Shown here one piece after another: positions 37,167 to 50,947 of a stretch of DNA of 64,000 bases. Under the pieces are notes generated by a model. That model searched no databases and was not told the origin of the DNA. It worked only from the letters and a program-made list of their open reading frames with translations. The first letter of the stretch is position 1, and every line of letters starts with the position of its first letter. The position numbers and the translations under genes are program-made. The DNA lies in the NCBI RefSeq assembly GCF_003704095.1, contig NW_020845049.1, forward strand, positions 310,001-374,000. The letters run 5' to 3'. Source of the stretch: Pocillopora damicornis (lineage: Eukaryota).

Positions 37167-40100
37167 ATGTCAGATCCTCGATACCGCAACAAACATCGAT
37201 CACTTTGGCCCCCCAGACGAGTCAGCACAAGATTATCTACGTCACAAGGTACAATACATTACGACACACCACATCATTATGACAATTCATCAGCTGTTGC
37301 ATCATCTACTGGAGTAGAAATACCTGCAGACACTGTCATTGTGCATCTTCCTGGAGTGTCTCCTTCTAGAAGTTCCGCCAAGGATGGACATGAAGGTGAA
37401 TAAAATTGAATTTAAATCTTGGTAATAAAATTTTATTTTAGCATAATTTTTTCAATTCAATTTCGAAAATGATAAAAGCAGAGAAAAGTCAGGTCACTCT
37501 CTCAAACTAATCAGATGTGAAACTAACACCAAAGGCTTCTAATTTGATCACATTTTCTCTATTTCAAGAAGATCAATCATTTTTGCATTAAGTTCACATT
37601 ATTTTGTTACTAGCTACCACACATTTCCTTGTAAATTAGTTATGAGAACTTGGTGCTAGATCAAGATAGCAGCTTCTACCTGATAACTTTGAATATTCTC
37701 ATCGCCTGTTTGCTGAAGAATGTATGGCTATTGTAGGGGGAAGTTTCATGTTAATCACTTCTAAGAGTTAAAGGGTTAACAGTGTTTTTATAAGTTGTGG
37801 TTTTATAACACATGTAAAAAAACCATAAATATTACAGCCTGTTTCTATGAACGATGCCTCCCTGTTTTCCCCCAAATTTCTTTAACAAACAAGCAGTGCA
37901 AATTTGCACTTGGTGCATGTTTGCACAAATTAACACAATCCATCAAAAATCTTTAAGTTTTTATCAAATTCCGGGCCACCACGTAAGCTACAAACAACCC
38001 AATAATGAACTGAAGATTTTGTGTTGATTTATATAAAATTGTATTGAAAATTTGACAGGAATTTACCAGAGTAAGATTAAACTTAACCCTTTACCTCCCA
38101 TGAGTGACCAAGACTGAATTTCTCCTCACAATATCAATACAGTATCAACCAGATAAGTGATGAGAATAAAGAAAAATATTGATTAGGATATTATTAGTTG
38201 ATCCAATACCAAATTCTCCAAACTAACATCACAAGAACTATATGACAGACAGTAAGGAGAATTACTAATGAGATCTTGGGAGTTAAAGGGTTAAGTCTAC
38301 AACTGGTTGATACATTTACACTATGTTGTCCATACTAAAATTATAGATTAGGATTCAAAGTATTCTCCATCTTCAATGTTAGTGTTTCTGCAGGTTTATG
38401 TTGAATGAAGCAAGCAGCACACATAGAGAACAATACATGGGCGTGCATAGATATGGAATATCTCTTAAAGTGTTCAACTCAATAGCTAACAAGTGAGGGC
38501 AGCAAGCAAGCGAGATGTCAAAATGAACACAAGAAGAGAAATTCCATATCAACAAGTTCCCATGTATTATTTTATTTTTTATATAAACTGTCAGTATTAT
38601 TTTATTTTTTATATAAACTCAATTATAGCCTTTTACTGTCGAGAAAAGTCAACTTTATTAACAAATGAAAATAGAAGGATAGACAATTCCTAAATAAAAA
38701 TCATAAAGTTAGGCTCAAGATGAAAAAATGTGTTGAATCATTACAAAACAAAGATGGGCGTAATGTCAATAAACAAAATTCTCAGTTATTGACTTTGTCC
38801 TTTTGGGAAAAATTGGCCTGTGGCAAATCTTCCAGCAGTTGATGTTCGTTGTCAGTGGCAAGGAATGTCATTGCCAAAGCCACTGAATATGCAAGTTTTG
38901 GTTTTTCTTTTTGTATTTTGGTTTTCCATCCCTTCTATAAATGGTTAAAAGTCACTTCCTGTAAGCAATACAGATTTTTCAGTGTTTTAACAGCCATAAT
39001 CCTAGAAAATTCCAACAAATGACCTTGGATTGGGAATGGTGAAGGCTTTGCCATTAATTTATCAACCTGAGCAAATGGAAAAAAAAGCAAGTGATGAGTA
39101 AGCAGCTGATTGGCATTATCAAACACACAGAAAAAAATTTTGTTTTTTTTTTCACATGGGTTGTTATGGTTTTTCTAAGGGCTGGAAATCCTTACGGTAT
39201 AACACCGTAGTTTATATAATGATATGTAATTTTTCTCAAGCCTCTACTTGGACATGATTTATTTCGATTTCATTTCACTAAAAACTTGTTTTCCAAAATC
39301 TGAGTTACCAAACTTGGTATGTGGATTATCTTTCAGTGTTTGGAATGTTGATATTTAGCCACAGGAAATGTGTTTCTTATTTGACCAAGCACGACTGCAA
39401 TACTGGGAGAATATAGGCCCAATTTTTTGACAGTATGGGCCAATCACAGCAAGATCATCGCAAAAAGTAAAAAAAAAAAAAAAGGCTAATATTCTCTTTG
39501 GAAGGCCAAGGGCAGGCTTACTTGATAGGAAATATGATTGCACCATAGGAATCTGCCTTTAATCCATTGATTTTATGGTTTTCTTTGGTCAAATTAGATT
39601 ATTTATAAAATGCAGACAGGTTTACAGTTATACAACAACAACAAAAACAGTTTAAAAGTAAATAAAAATATAATAAAGTTAAATATTTATTAAGTTGTTT
39701 CCAATAAACAGAAGGATAGTTGTTAATCAGAGTTACTTGAAAACCAAGTTTGCCAACATTTTCTTTGCAAAGTGGGTATATTACACTGCATTTTGTGCAG
39801 TTTGCTACTGAAAAAACCATTTAATTGAAATTGAGATTAAATGACTCAATAGTATTTTTAGACTAAAAAGGAGTTCAAACAAGTGACAATGTTGGTTTTT
39901 AGAAGCAGACAATGTACCAGTTTCTTACATACTTGAAAAAAGTTGTTGACAGTAATTCAGTTTTGCTAGCTTTGTAATCAAAACTTTGAAAGTTTAGCAA
40001 CTTGAATGAACTTGGTCTAGAATCTGTTACACTGCAGTCAAGAACTATTTTGAATTCACAACTGACAATATCAATGGGAAACACGTCATTCTGGAGTGTG

Positions 40101-43100
40101 AAATATGCTATTCAGAGGAACAGGTACTCCAGGATGAGTATACTTCATCCGTTAAGGCTATAAATTGGACTTTCAGGACAAGTGTCTACCTTTTGGTGTT
40201 AAAATAACGTGATTTTCAGTTATATTGATCTTGGGCCATCAAGGAGATCTGAAAGGAAAGCCTAGGATGATAGATTCAAAATGTGGATTGCTTCCCAAAG
40301 TCTGCAGTTTGAAGCAAAATTTGATTGACTTAGACAATCACACTTTTGAAATTGTCTATGGATTCAGACCCTTGTTGTTAACTGCTAAAGGACAAAAAAA
40401 CCCTCTAAGGGACAGAATTGTTATTCATTTTCGACCCTGAGTGGCAACTACTTGGTAAACACTTAGTCTCTCCTGTGCTTGGTTTTCTCACGTTCAATAT
40501 AGGAGAAACATTTGGCTAGCAGGGTTTCAAAAGTGAAGCCTGGCTCAGTGGTGGTTCCAGGGCAAGGGTTTGAAGGTCCAGACACCCCTTTTCATTAAAC
40601 TAGTGGATTTTTTTGCAACCTGTCTGAAACCTGCCTCCCTGCTCCCCCTTAACCCTTTAACTCTCAGAAGTGATTAACATGGAACTTCTCCCTATAATAT
40701 CAACACACCATCCTGCAAATAGGTATTGAGAAAACTTCAACTTATCAGGTAGTTGTTATCTGGATCTAACACTAAATTCTCATAACTGACTTGCAAGGAA
40801 AAGTGTAGCAGCTAGAGGGTAGGATTAACGATCAGATCTTGGGAGTTAAAGGATTAAAAGAATTCCTGGATTCACCCCTGCTGCTCTGAATGTCTGAAAA
40901 ACTTTCAGACATTTATGAAGAGATTATGTCAATATATCTTTTGGCCTTGCTATAAATATTTTAATTTACATTTATTGTCTCATTCAAAAATAGACTGATA
41001 TTTGCTTTATTCTTTTATCAATTTTCTTCTTCCTTATGTCTGTCCAGAAAAAATTTAGTAAAATTTAGCCAATACTCAATCATGTTGATGACATCTACAG
41101 TTGATGATGCTTATTGACATATCATAAAGTCCTTCTACACTTTCTTTTTTTTATCCCAATGCTTTTTAATTGTATCTGTGTTCCACTGGATAGTGGCTTG
41201 CCAAGAGTAGTTGTAGACAAGATTTCCTTGTAGACTAAATTATACATTTTGATGGAAAATTTTTGTAATCAGAGGCACAGGAAGTGGCTGACACAGCTAT
41301 TTCATTGTTTTTGTTGTTATTATTAGGTATCCATCAAACGCACCCCCTCTCTGAAACCGCCCCCAGCTTTTAAAACACTTGAAATTGTCAAGGGGTTGAT
41401 TGCAAGATCCATCTGAAATGGAAAATGAATAACTAAGCCAAAGTTGCTTACTGCTTTGTGGGAAATATAGTGCTAGAGCCATTTATAGCTTTTTTTTACC
41501 TTTGGTAAGTACTGCTCACATGATTGAAGGTTAATCTTCTTCCACAAGAACAATATTATAAGCTTCAAGTTCGGTTGGATATTGACCATATTTTAAATCT
41601 AGAGATATCAAAATTGATATGGACCCGTGTGACTGTCCATGTTTCAATACCCGTAAGGCTGCTGGCTGTGTGAGTATTATTTATCTTTTGCCATGGCCTA
41701 TCTCTTTCCTCAATGCTTTTGTCAACAACAAGATATTGGTATTTTTAGGAAGTTTTGTTAATTGACCTGCTATTGATATAGACGCACCTTGCTGATGCCC
41801 TCAGGAAAACGCTATATGTGGTTATGTAATAATATTTTGTTTACGAATACCTTGTAAGGCTAACACTTACCACCAAGCCTTTAGTCAAAGTTACGCACAT
41901 CTGCCGTGGTATAATATAAAACAGTTGTTCTACCATGAAAGTCAGGATGGTGTAGATAACTTGTTATGTGAATAAGAAGGATGAGAAAATTGGTATGTAT
42001 GTTCATTTATAAAATGTGGTATCACCAAATGTATCATGAGATTGAAAATCAATAATTTTCAACTTGATTGCTAAGAATAGTACCATAAATTGTTATGTAA
42101 CTACTAAATTTTATGGTCATTTCAATGTATATGGCAGGAATAAGCTTGATTGAAAAGTTGTCTGATGACTTTAGGTAGCGCTTATTTTAAACAAAATATA
42201 ATAAATTTTCACGATGCTGGCAATAATTACACTTGGTCCTTTTGGCGTAGAGTTGTATTATTCTTTGAACAAGGCAGATTGCATGAATACATGAGTCTGC
42301 CCAGCCAATATTACATGTTCTGATATCATATACACCACTTGAGTGGTGATATCTGTTTTGTGTTTTCCATTGATTGATTGTTAAAATTGCTTTTCTATGC
42401 TGACAAATGATATCGTAACTAAAATTAAAACTGTCATTTTTTTGCTTTATTGATCTTCTCTTCTTTTTTTAACCATACACTATTTGTTTGGTGTATTAAT
42501 CAAAACTGTAACAAAATTCTTGGATGAGATTAGTAATCACCAGCCCAATTTGAGCACTAATAGGAGAGTGTATGCGTTATGCTTGTAATTGGACAGTGTA
42601 ATAGGACGGTTAAAGGAACAGTTAACACATCATGCCTGTGTAAGTTTACAGAATGCGTCATGTGTTCACACTGCAGTAAACCTTTTATCTGTTTTATGTA
42701 AGGAAAGGCAGCCATGTAGCATGATACACGCCTACATGTTAGTGAAAACTATTGACTTCAGATTCATCAAAGAGGTTTTGCATTTTTCAAAGTTTTTCAA
42801 CACTTCTTTGTTTTGAATTTATCTATGAGCACATTTTAGAATGAGCATGAATTGTGAAAATGTTTTGATATCTTTATGTTACTTTTTAAATTTATTTTCT
42901 TTTGATAATGGTGGAGAATTTCTATGGCTTAAAATGTCAAATTGGCAAGGAAACACTGGAATTCAAATTTATCTCCATGTCAAAACATCTGCTGACCATT
43001 AGTCACTGGTGAAAGTGTATTACAAATACTTGAAGTTCTTCTACACAGCTACTTTATGTAAGGAAAACATATACTGCATTACACAGTGAAAAAATGAAGA

Positions 43101-46100
43101 AAGTAATTTGGAAATCAAAAGAAATCTCGCATCTTACAAATCAAATGATTCTCACTTAACCCTTTGACTCCCAAGATCTCATTAGTAATTCTCCTTACTG
43201 TCTGTCATATAGTTCTTGTGATGTTACCTTGGAGAATTTGGTATTGGATCAACTAATAATTTCCTAATAAATATTTTTCTTTATTCTCATCACTTGTCTC
43301 CTTGATATTGTATTGATATTGTAAGGAGAAATTCTGTCTTGGTCACTCAGGAGTCTTACATCAATCACATCTGGGAGTTATGCAATTATTAATCAGGAAA
43401 ATTCTATGTTGCAGATTCTCCTAGGTTAATGCAGCTACTACAGTCACGCACACCTCCCATGTCAGTAAGCCAGACTGTTTGTAGTGATATGCCAAGTGAT
43501 GCTCAACTCAGTAGTGATGAAGATGAGTCTCACAGTGGAACAAGGAGTTCTCCTTATGTTAACGTACACTCAACAGAGGCACATCCTGCTGTGACTGAAT
43601 CTTTTGTCAGGTCCTCGGGTATGCACAGCAGGCCTGTACAGACGGGACCAATCTGCACATCACCAGGTATTATGTGACCAAGAACATTCATTCTAAAGTC
43701 TACTTATAAGATTGCTTTAACCCTTTCAATCTCAAGATTTCATTAGTAATTCTCTTTACTGTTTGCTGCACAATTCCTATGATGCTACTTTGGGGAATTT
43801 GGTATTGGATCAACTAATAATCCCCTAATTGATATTTCTTAATTATCATCACTTGTCAGCCTGATTTTTTAATGGTACACTATGGAGAAATTCTGTTTTG
43901 GTCACTCAGGGGGTTAAAGGATTAAATTGAACACAAGATTACCAGTGTGAGATTCTGCCCTGTGTTTGTTTTGGTTCACAACTAAACATTGTTAGGTCAC
44001 TCATGTTACTCTTTATCTTTAATGTAAAAGATGGTGAGGTGAGCAGAGTAGCCTGCTAAATCACAGGACTTAAGATTGAATGTGATTAGATTTATGCGAA
44101 TGGTTGATAGAACATATCGCAGTTTATTAAGGTTTGATTTAAGGATGACGTTGTGAGGAAAAACTAGTTGTTAGTCATTCAAAAGGGTTAAGGGTTTGAA
44201 GAATAAAACGGCTAAAATATTTTGTTTGAAATATCAGTATTAACTTATTTTTAAAGGTTTCTGCCAAGCTGGTGGAGAGCTAAGACTGGCTTACCTCAAC
44301 AGTAAATTAGTACAAGTATCTGAGGGGTTTATTCTTGTTGGTGCCAAATCACCCATGCTGCCAGGAATGATGCTTGTTGCTGAGGTGGACAAGAGATTTC
44401 TGCCAGATGAGAAGAACAATGTCACTATGCTGGGATTTAGTGGTAACTGTATTGGGTGTGGAGCCAAGGGCTTTAGATACTTCACTGAGTTTTCAAGTCA
44501 TATCAATCTGAAGTTGGCCACACAGCCTAAGAAACAGAAACACTTGAAATATTACATTGTAACTGAACCTAGTGGAAGGCTGCGGAAGGGACTGGCTATT
44601 CCATGGAAAGGTTTGAACCTTTTTGTTTATTAAATTGTTTAACCCTGTAAATCCTTACAATAGACAATTATTCTCCATATGTTCTCTTTATATTCTTTTA
44701 GTACTGACAAAGTATGTTTGGCTAAGAATTAAACAGATTTTTTGTCAACGATCATTTGCTTTATTCTCCTGAGCCTGCAGTAGGATTCAGCTGTAATGAT
44801 GTCTGGGGAAATTAGATGCTAGTCTCTCTTAGAGGTTAACCATTTGACCCCAGCATCTAAACTGACTAGCATCTAATTTCTCCTTACAATATCATCCCTG
44901 AATCACATGGTTAGGTCAGGAGAATGAAGGAGGTGATATCCGACTAAACAAGCTCTTGATTGTTAAACAAATTCTCCTTGTCAGCACTTAAGGAAATTTA
45001 TTAAGAACAGTATGGAGAATATTTATACTGGTGTTAGGGGGTGAAAGGTGAAGTTGTCACCCATTTCCTTGTAACGTGTATGATGCAAACATAAACATCA
45101 GCGAAGTGCACTTGTGGCTTTCTTGCACTAGTTTCCAATCAGTGGCAGGCCGTTTTTAGCTCAGGGATGCTTTTCCAAAGTGGAGGAGGAGGAGATCACG
45201 CTGAGAGCAAATTTTAGAGGACTGGGCTTGAATTTCAAGTTCCCAGGCTCAAAACACCCAGCCCAGCACATTCGTCTTTTTGTATAGCTAAGTAGAACTC
45301 CTCAACTTAACTGCCTTTTGTCAACTGCACTCATTCAGTCATGCTACGTGTTTGGCTGTAAATTATACGTCTCTATGACTTTGGTAATATAATGCAATAT
45401 AGTTGAAAGACTGATAAGGCGCACAGTGAACGAAAGTAATTAAAAAATTTAAGTCTTTTGCAGGCAATCCCAAGCACTGTGTATTGAAGCAGCATAAATA
45501 TGTAACGGTGTTATAGTATATTGTTTGCAATGTCGTCGATGACCTCTGATAATGCTCTCATAGTTGATTTTTTTCTAAAAATAATTCCTGCTGTGCTTAT
45601 TTTTGATGGCAGTCGAAGGTAGAAAACGGACCTTCCCACTCACAGGGCCTTATGTACCGGCTGCGTATACCTCTGCTAAAACTGAGCCATCCAGTGAGAT
45701 GCCGCGTCCTCATGTTACATCAGGTAATAAGGCGTGGAACTTCTGTGATCTCTGCATATTTTGATAATCACTATCAATTGTTAATTTACTAGTATCCTTG
45801 TTAATATTTCAATGATGCCACCACTATTTTCGAGGGCACATAGAAAGTTAGGAAACGAAGTATTGGTGCTGCAAAATTCAGGTGTGCTAACTAATGTTTC
45901 GGGCGAAAGCACGCAAAGATGACAGAATTTGGTTGGGTTTTTCGTTACCAGTAACCACAATGGTCTGCGTCGTGTAGGTGAGAACCGTATCAGTAATCGT
46001 TCTGCCTTGATTTTATTTGGAAACGAATAGAACTCTTCTATGCCATCATAACCTAGAGTAAGTGGCTGCTTCATCCTCGTTTTTTCTGATTCTTCAGGTC

Positions 46101-49100
46101 ACTGTTCAAAGTAGATAAACAGGGAGCTCGGGGAAAATGGGTGGGGTGTGACCAGGATATCCAAACACCGGTGCTTTAGGTGCCGTATTTGTTCAATTTT
46201 ATGTACACTCTCCCTCCCCCCTCCCCCGACCTCCTACCTCCTTCTCCCCTTGGAGTTAGCTCCGCATTCGAATCACGAAAAATTGAACAAATGCTGAAGA
46301 AATGACGACAATGGAAGTGTTTATAACTTGTGCTATTTGTTTTCAGCCCCTCATCACTTGCTTCCTCGACAATCTCATTCGCCTTCCGTGTCACGGCAGG
46401 GATCTGCATCACCCAGAGATGAAGGCCTTCTGTTGAAGCCGTCGTCCAGTCAGAGCACTCAAGCTGAGCAATCTTATCATCCAGTCATGTCAGTAAAACG
46501 AAGACGCTGGGGGTCTGTCGGCAGCGAGTCGCCTCTGGAAAGTGGTGAGAACCTGATCATCTCAATGCCATTTTTAATTGGGTGTCGAAGGTAGCCTGGG
46601 ATTATATTTAGTTTTGTGTCTTTTTGTAACTGATCGAGGAAAGAAGTGCCCCTTTTTCAACTGTTCAGATGCAAAACCAAAACTGATCGGGACTCGTTCT
46701 CTCGCGGCTTTCTGCGCTCGAGGCGGTCTACATACCAATAACGCTGAGCTCTCTTCGGCTTGGCTCGTTTATAAGTGATATTATCTTATTTTGTGAATTA
46801 ATGTGGTTTGGTGTTTACGAGACTCATTAGAATTGCTCTTCAACTGCCCGCAGATGATGGTCATTCCAGTGACACAGCACGATCATCGGCACAAGGATCT
46901 GATTCAGGAGAGCTGCCATCTACACCCTGGCTTACCGCAGCCTGTGGAGTTCGTCCAGTTCTTCTGTTATGTCAGCACTCCATACCCAAAATACCCTGCA
47001 GCGTGGAGGACATCATTATCAGTGACCTTCTGGTTGGATGTTTCAACCCGCCCCTCGTCTCGGATCGCAATCAGTTTGGAAACATGTCAGGTGTGTACAG
47101 CACGGGTTCGGCTGCATCAGCGGAGAGTCAGATAGCCAGGTCTTACTATAACAGTGTTCCCAATCTAACAACTCAGATGGCCGTGCTTTTGATGGTCCAA
47201 TATCTTTCCCATTTTGTCCATGATGATCGCATCAGTCGGGAGGATGTGGAGTCATTACTCCAGGATGCCAGGCTGGAGTTGACCGCAACTGCTCAGCAGC
47301 AGTCCCAGTCCCACCTACTCGCCCAAAGCAATGCGGTCACTCACGTTCAACTTCCAGTGTTAGCAAGCCTAACGGCGGCCAACTCCAAAGGGCGAGTTAA
47401 AATTGTATCTTCGCCTGTGTCGTTAGACAATGCAATTTTCAGAGCCTTGAAGTTTGTGTTAGAAATTCACAGACACAATCAGTCTAAGTTTCCCAAAGTA
47501 CCAGTGCCTGACTTTATTTTTGTATTAGCCATTTCGCAGAAGAAATCGCCAGAGTTTTGTGTGTTAGTTACCAGCGTTCTTCAGGCTAAGTATTTGTCCG
47601 AGGCTATGATAGGTCATCCTGTTGGCGCACGGATTGTAGACAATCTTAGCAGACTTGAACAGCTTTTTAAGCTTTCTAGCGACGCTCTCGAGCAAATGAT
47701 CGGCAACTTTGAGGAAGCCATGGGTCAGGGGCAGTTTGTGTTTGTTCCTTTCAACGGTTTTGCAAGAACGAAGGTGGTCGCCGAGGAGGCATCGAAACTG
47801 GAACCTAGAGCTCCGGCATCAGCCTATCCACATCAACGAGACACTTTGTTCACCAGCCAGCATCTTATCGCAAAGCAACTTCTGGCCCAAGTTTGTACTA
47901 TTGGGGAGAATATTAACTCGCTTGACTTGAACAGTTTCACGGCCGTGTCGATGGCTATCATTGTGCCTCCATTAACAACGCTGTTTAACCAAACCACTGA
48001 GAGGCTCAGCAAATCCGAACTCCTGACCGAGCTAGACCTGGAAACTGTTGAGATAGCTGCTCTATTCAAAACAGCTTCAAAATATGTCATCAAACACAGT
48101 GGAAAGGACGAGACCGAAGGAGAGTTGTTTGAGCTTTTAAAACAAGTACAGAGCCAGCCTAAAGTTCTATTTGTGGTTACGTTTGATCAGGCGCAGTTCT
48201 ATGCCAGTCCTCAAGGTGTTCTAGATCTTCCGTACTATAAAGAGTTTTTGGAAGCTCGTAACGTGATAGTGCTCTTTGTGACGGCAACACCCTACCTCTT
48301 TCAAACCAACTGCTCATTCGTCGATCCCAATAACGAGGTCTACTGGTCTGATATTAGAAATGAGACTGGTGAGTATTCATTTTAGTGAACGAAATCTGTG
48401 TAGGCATATTCGTGAGGTTACCTAGACTGGAGCTGAAACAAACATGTTGACGTTCATTTGGGGTAATAAGAAAGAACTTTTATTTTGGGATTTTCACTTG
48501 TGTGGAAAGCAATCCGGGATTTCTTTGTTTTTCTTTACTTCGCTTTGTGATTGGTCCTTAAAACTCGGGCCAACTTCTCAACCAATCGGACTCAAAATTA
48601 GTTCGGTCACTCGGGTTTTCCTGCGTTTCAGATAGTTAACTAGTTCTTATTGGCTCCTCGTAATGTTTTCTTTCTTATGAAGTGATTGCTTGGGTTTTGG
48701 TTTAAGACTCAATCGAAAAGAGCTTTAGTTGTAACGTGTTTTCAATCATTTTTCCTCCATACTAGATGGAGTTTCCTCAAGCGTGGTGGAAAACGTTCAT
48801 AACTTGGAGACTAATGAAGGCACGTATTTTGGAATGAAAGAATATTGCGAGTCTATCAAATGGACGCACCAGTTTCCATTGGTGAGGCAGGATGATGCGT
48901 TTGAGAAGATGGCCGTGAGGACCAGCAGGTAAAGAAGAGAAGCTAAGATTTAATCAATCCGATCATAGGGAACGATCAACTAATTCCATTAAAATTCTTT
49001 GCCCACCTTGCTGGCTTTGGCTCTTAACACTGTTTGGCACAATTGCTTGTATTTAGACCCACAGTTCTTTTTTTTAAATGCGATTGGTTGATGTTGTACC

Positions 49101-50898
49101 GGTGATCCAGGTAACAGTGATGGCGTTGCGACGGAGATGTGGTTCTCCAGGGTGAAAGTAGTTTCCATTACTCAAATCTTTGCCATTATTTTTGCACAGA
49201 ACCACTGATGATGTCAACCTAAGTGTCCTGAGATGCTATCTTCTCATCCGACACTACTGCGCCGCTATCATGTGGTCAGCGGGTATCAAGCCGGCCGAGC
49301 CACACTGCACATTAAAGACAATACAGATTATGAGAGAGATCATCGAGTCTCCAGTACATAATGCTGATGGCAGCGGTGCCATGTTGGTGATACGCATTCC
49401 CTCCTTAGAACTTTCTAACCTGGCGTTTGAGAGCCTAAAAAACACTCGTGATAGGTTAGTTAACTCTTTGACTTCCAAGAGTGACTATCATCTTATTGTT
49501 CAATTGTTGAACAAATTCTCCTTTTTAGAATCTCAGGAAATGGATAGAGAGTAGAATGGAGAATATAGATCCTGATGTTTGGGTTAAGTTCGCTGTTCAT
49601 TGAAATTCACAACACCAAGATACCTTGACACCTCTCAAGCTCCTAATTTGTACGGCTCATACTTCGAGTTAAAAATCTGCTAAATTGCTTTAAAGAAGGC
49701 GAGGATATTGAAGACCGAAATGAGAGCGCTTAAGGAATGAAACGTAACTTGTACTCTCGTTCATTCGTTCATTCGTTTGTTTTTGTTGTTTGGCGCGGGT
49801 GTTTGAAACTGATGATACAGTCGTCTTGTTTGAGCCTTAAAGTTTGTGCGAGACACAAAGGCGCACACACTGTCCACATGAATAACATTCTCGATCTCTA
49901 TCAGCAGCACTTAACCTTGAACAACATTTCTTTTGTAATGTAGGCTTGGATTTCAGTTTAGATTTGCGATCATTCACGACAATGGTTATAGTGAACTGGA
50001 AATTGAGGAGTATTTCCTGACTCGGCTAAGGTGGTGGAGAGAACACAGAGGTCAGTATGACTAATTAACATGAAATTACTTCAGTCGCCGATTTAATCTT
50101 AGTAAAGCGTATTCGAGTTTTATGGTATACGGCGATCTCGTTCCCAGGATCCTCCCTTCTTGGGATCGAGGTTGAATGCATAAGGGGGAGTAATGGGAGT
50201 TACAGTAAAGTTTGGCAATCTTCGATGAAAAGTTTAAAATTAAGCCTTAAATTTTCAAGGTCGTCATTTGCAATCAGCTCCAATCTTTTCCATCCTGAGC
50301 TATTCGTAATCCCCTTTTGTTAACTATTGTCTCGTGTACGTTTTTCCTCCTTGCCCGAAAGTATTTTGTACTCTCCATGAAGTTGAAGGTAGTTTTGCAT
50401 GTCAAAAACAAAATGGAGTCAAACTTTGGTGAAACATATGAAGCTCCTCAAGAAGTGCACGAAATAGAGGAAACTTTGTCAGTTAACAGATACGAGGACC
50501 CTAGCTGCGTTGCTGTTTTTTATTCGATTCTTTCGCATGTCTCTTCCCTTAAAAACCTCTCACTTGACAGATATAATGAGGAAATGACCTGCTACCCACG
50601 TGGCATTTTTCTAGTAATGATGAGCCTTGATTTACCTTTCCAGGTGCGTCAGAAGGCAGGAGTGAGCCTGCAGAGGAATGGAGCCCAAAGTGCTTTGAAG
50701 ATCTTCACGATCTTCCTTGTATTATCATCATTAGCGGCAGAGAGAGGCCTGGGGACACTTTTCCGAGGTTAGTGAGAGCCATGCTAGCGCTAGTTATGGG
50801 TATTAAAGGTCCGGTTTACAAGCGGTGCACTTGCATCGCTACCAGGAGGAGTGGAGATGCAAGTGCAGCAGGATGAGCTCTGGTACGAGCAGGTCTCT

Positions 50899-50947
<49 letters not shown>

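Noticed and set aside
50317-50772. 151-aa plus-strand ORF
   Set aside because: Mostly intron. The real GREB1 exon 50644-50767 is read in a different frame.
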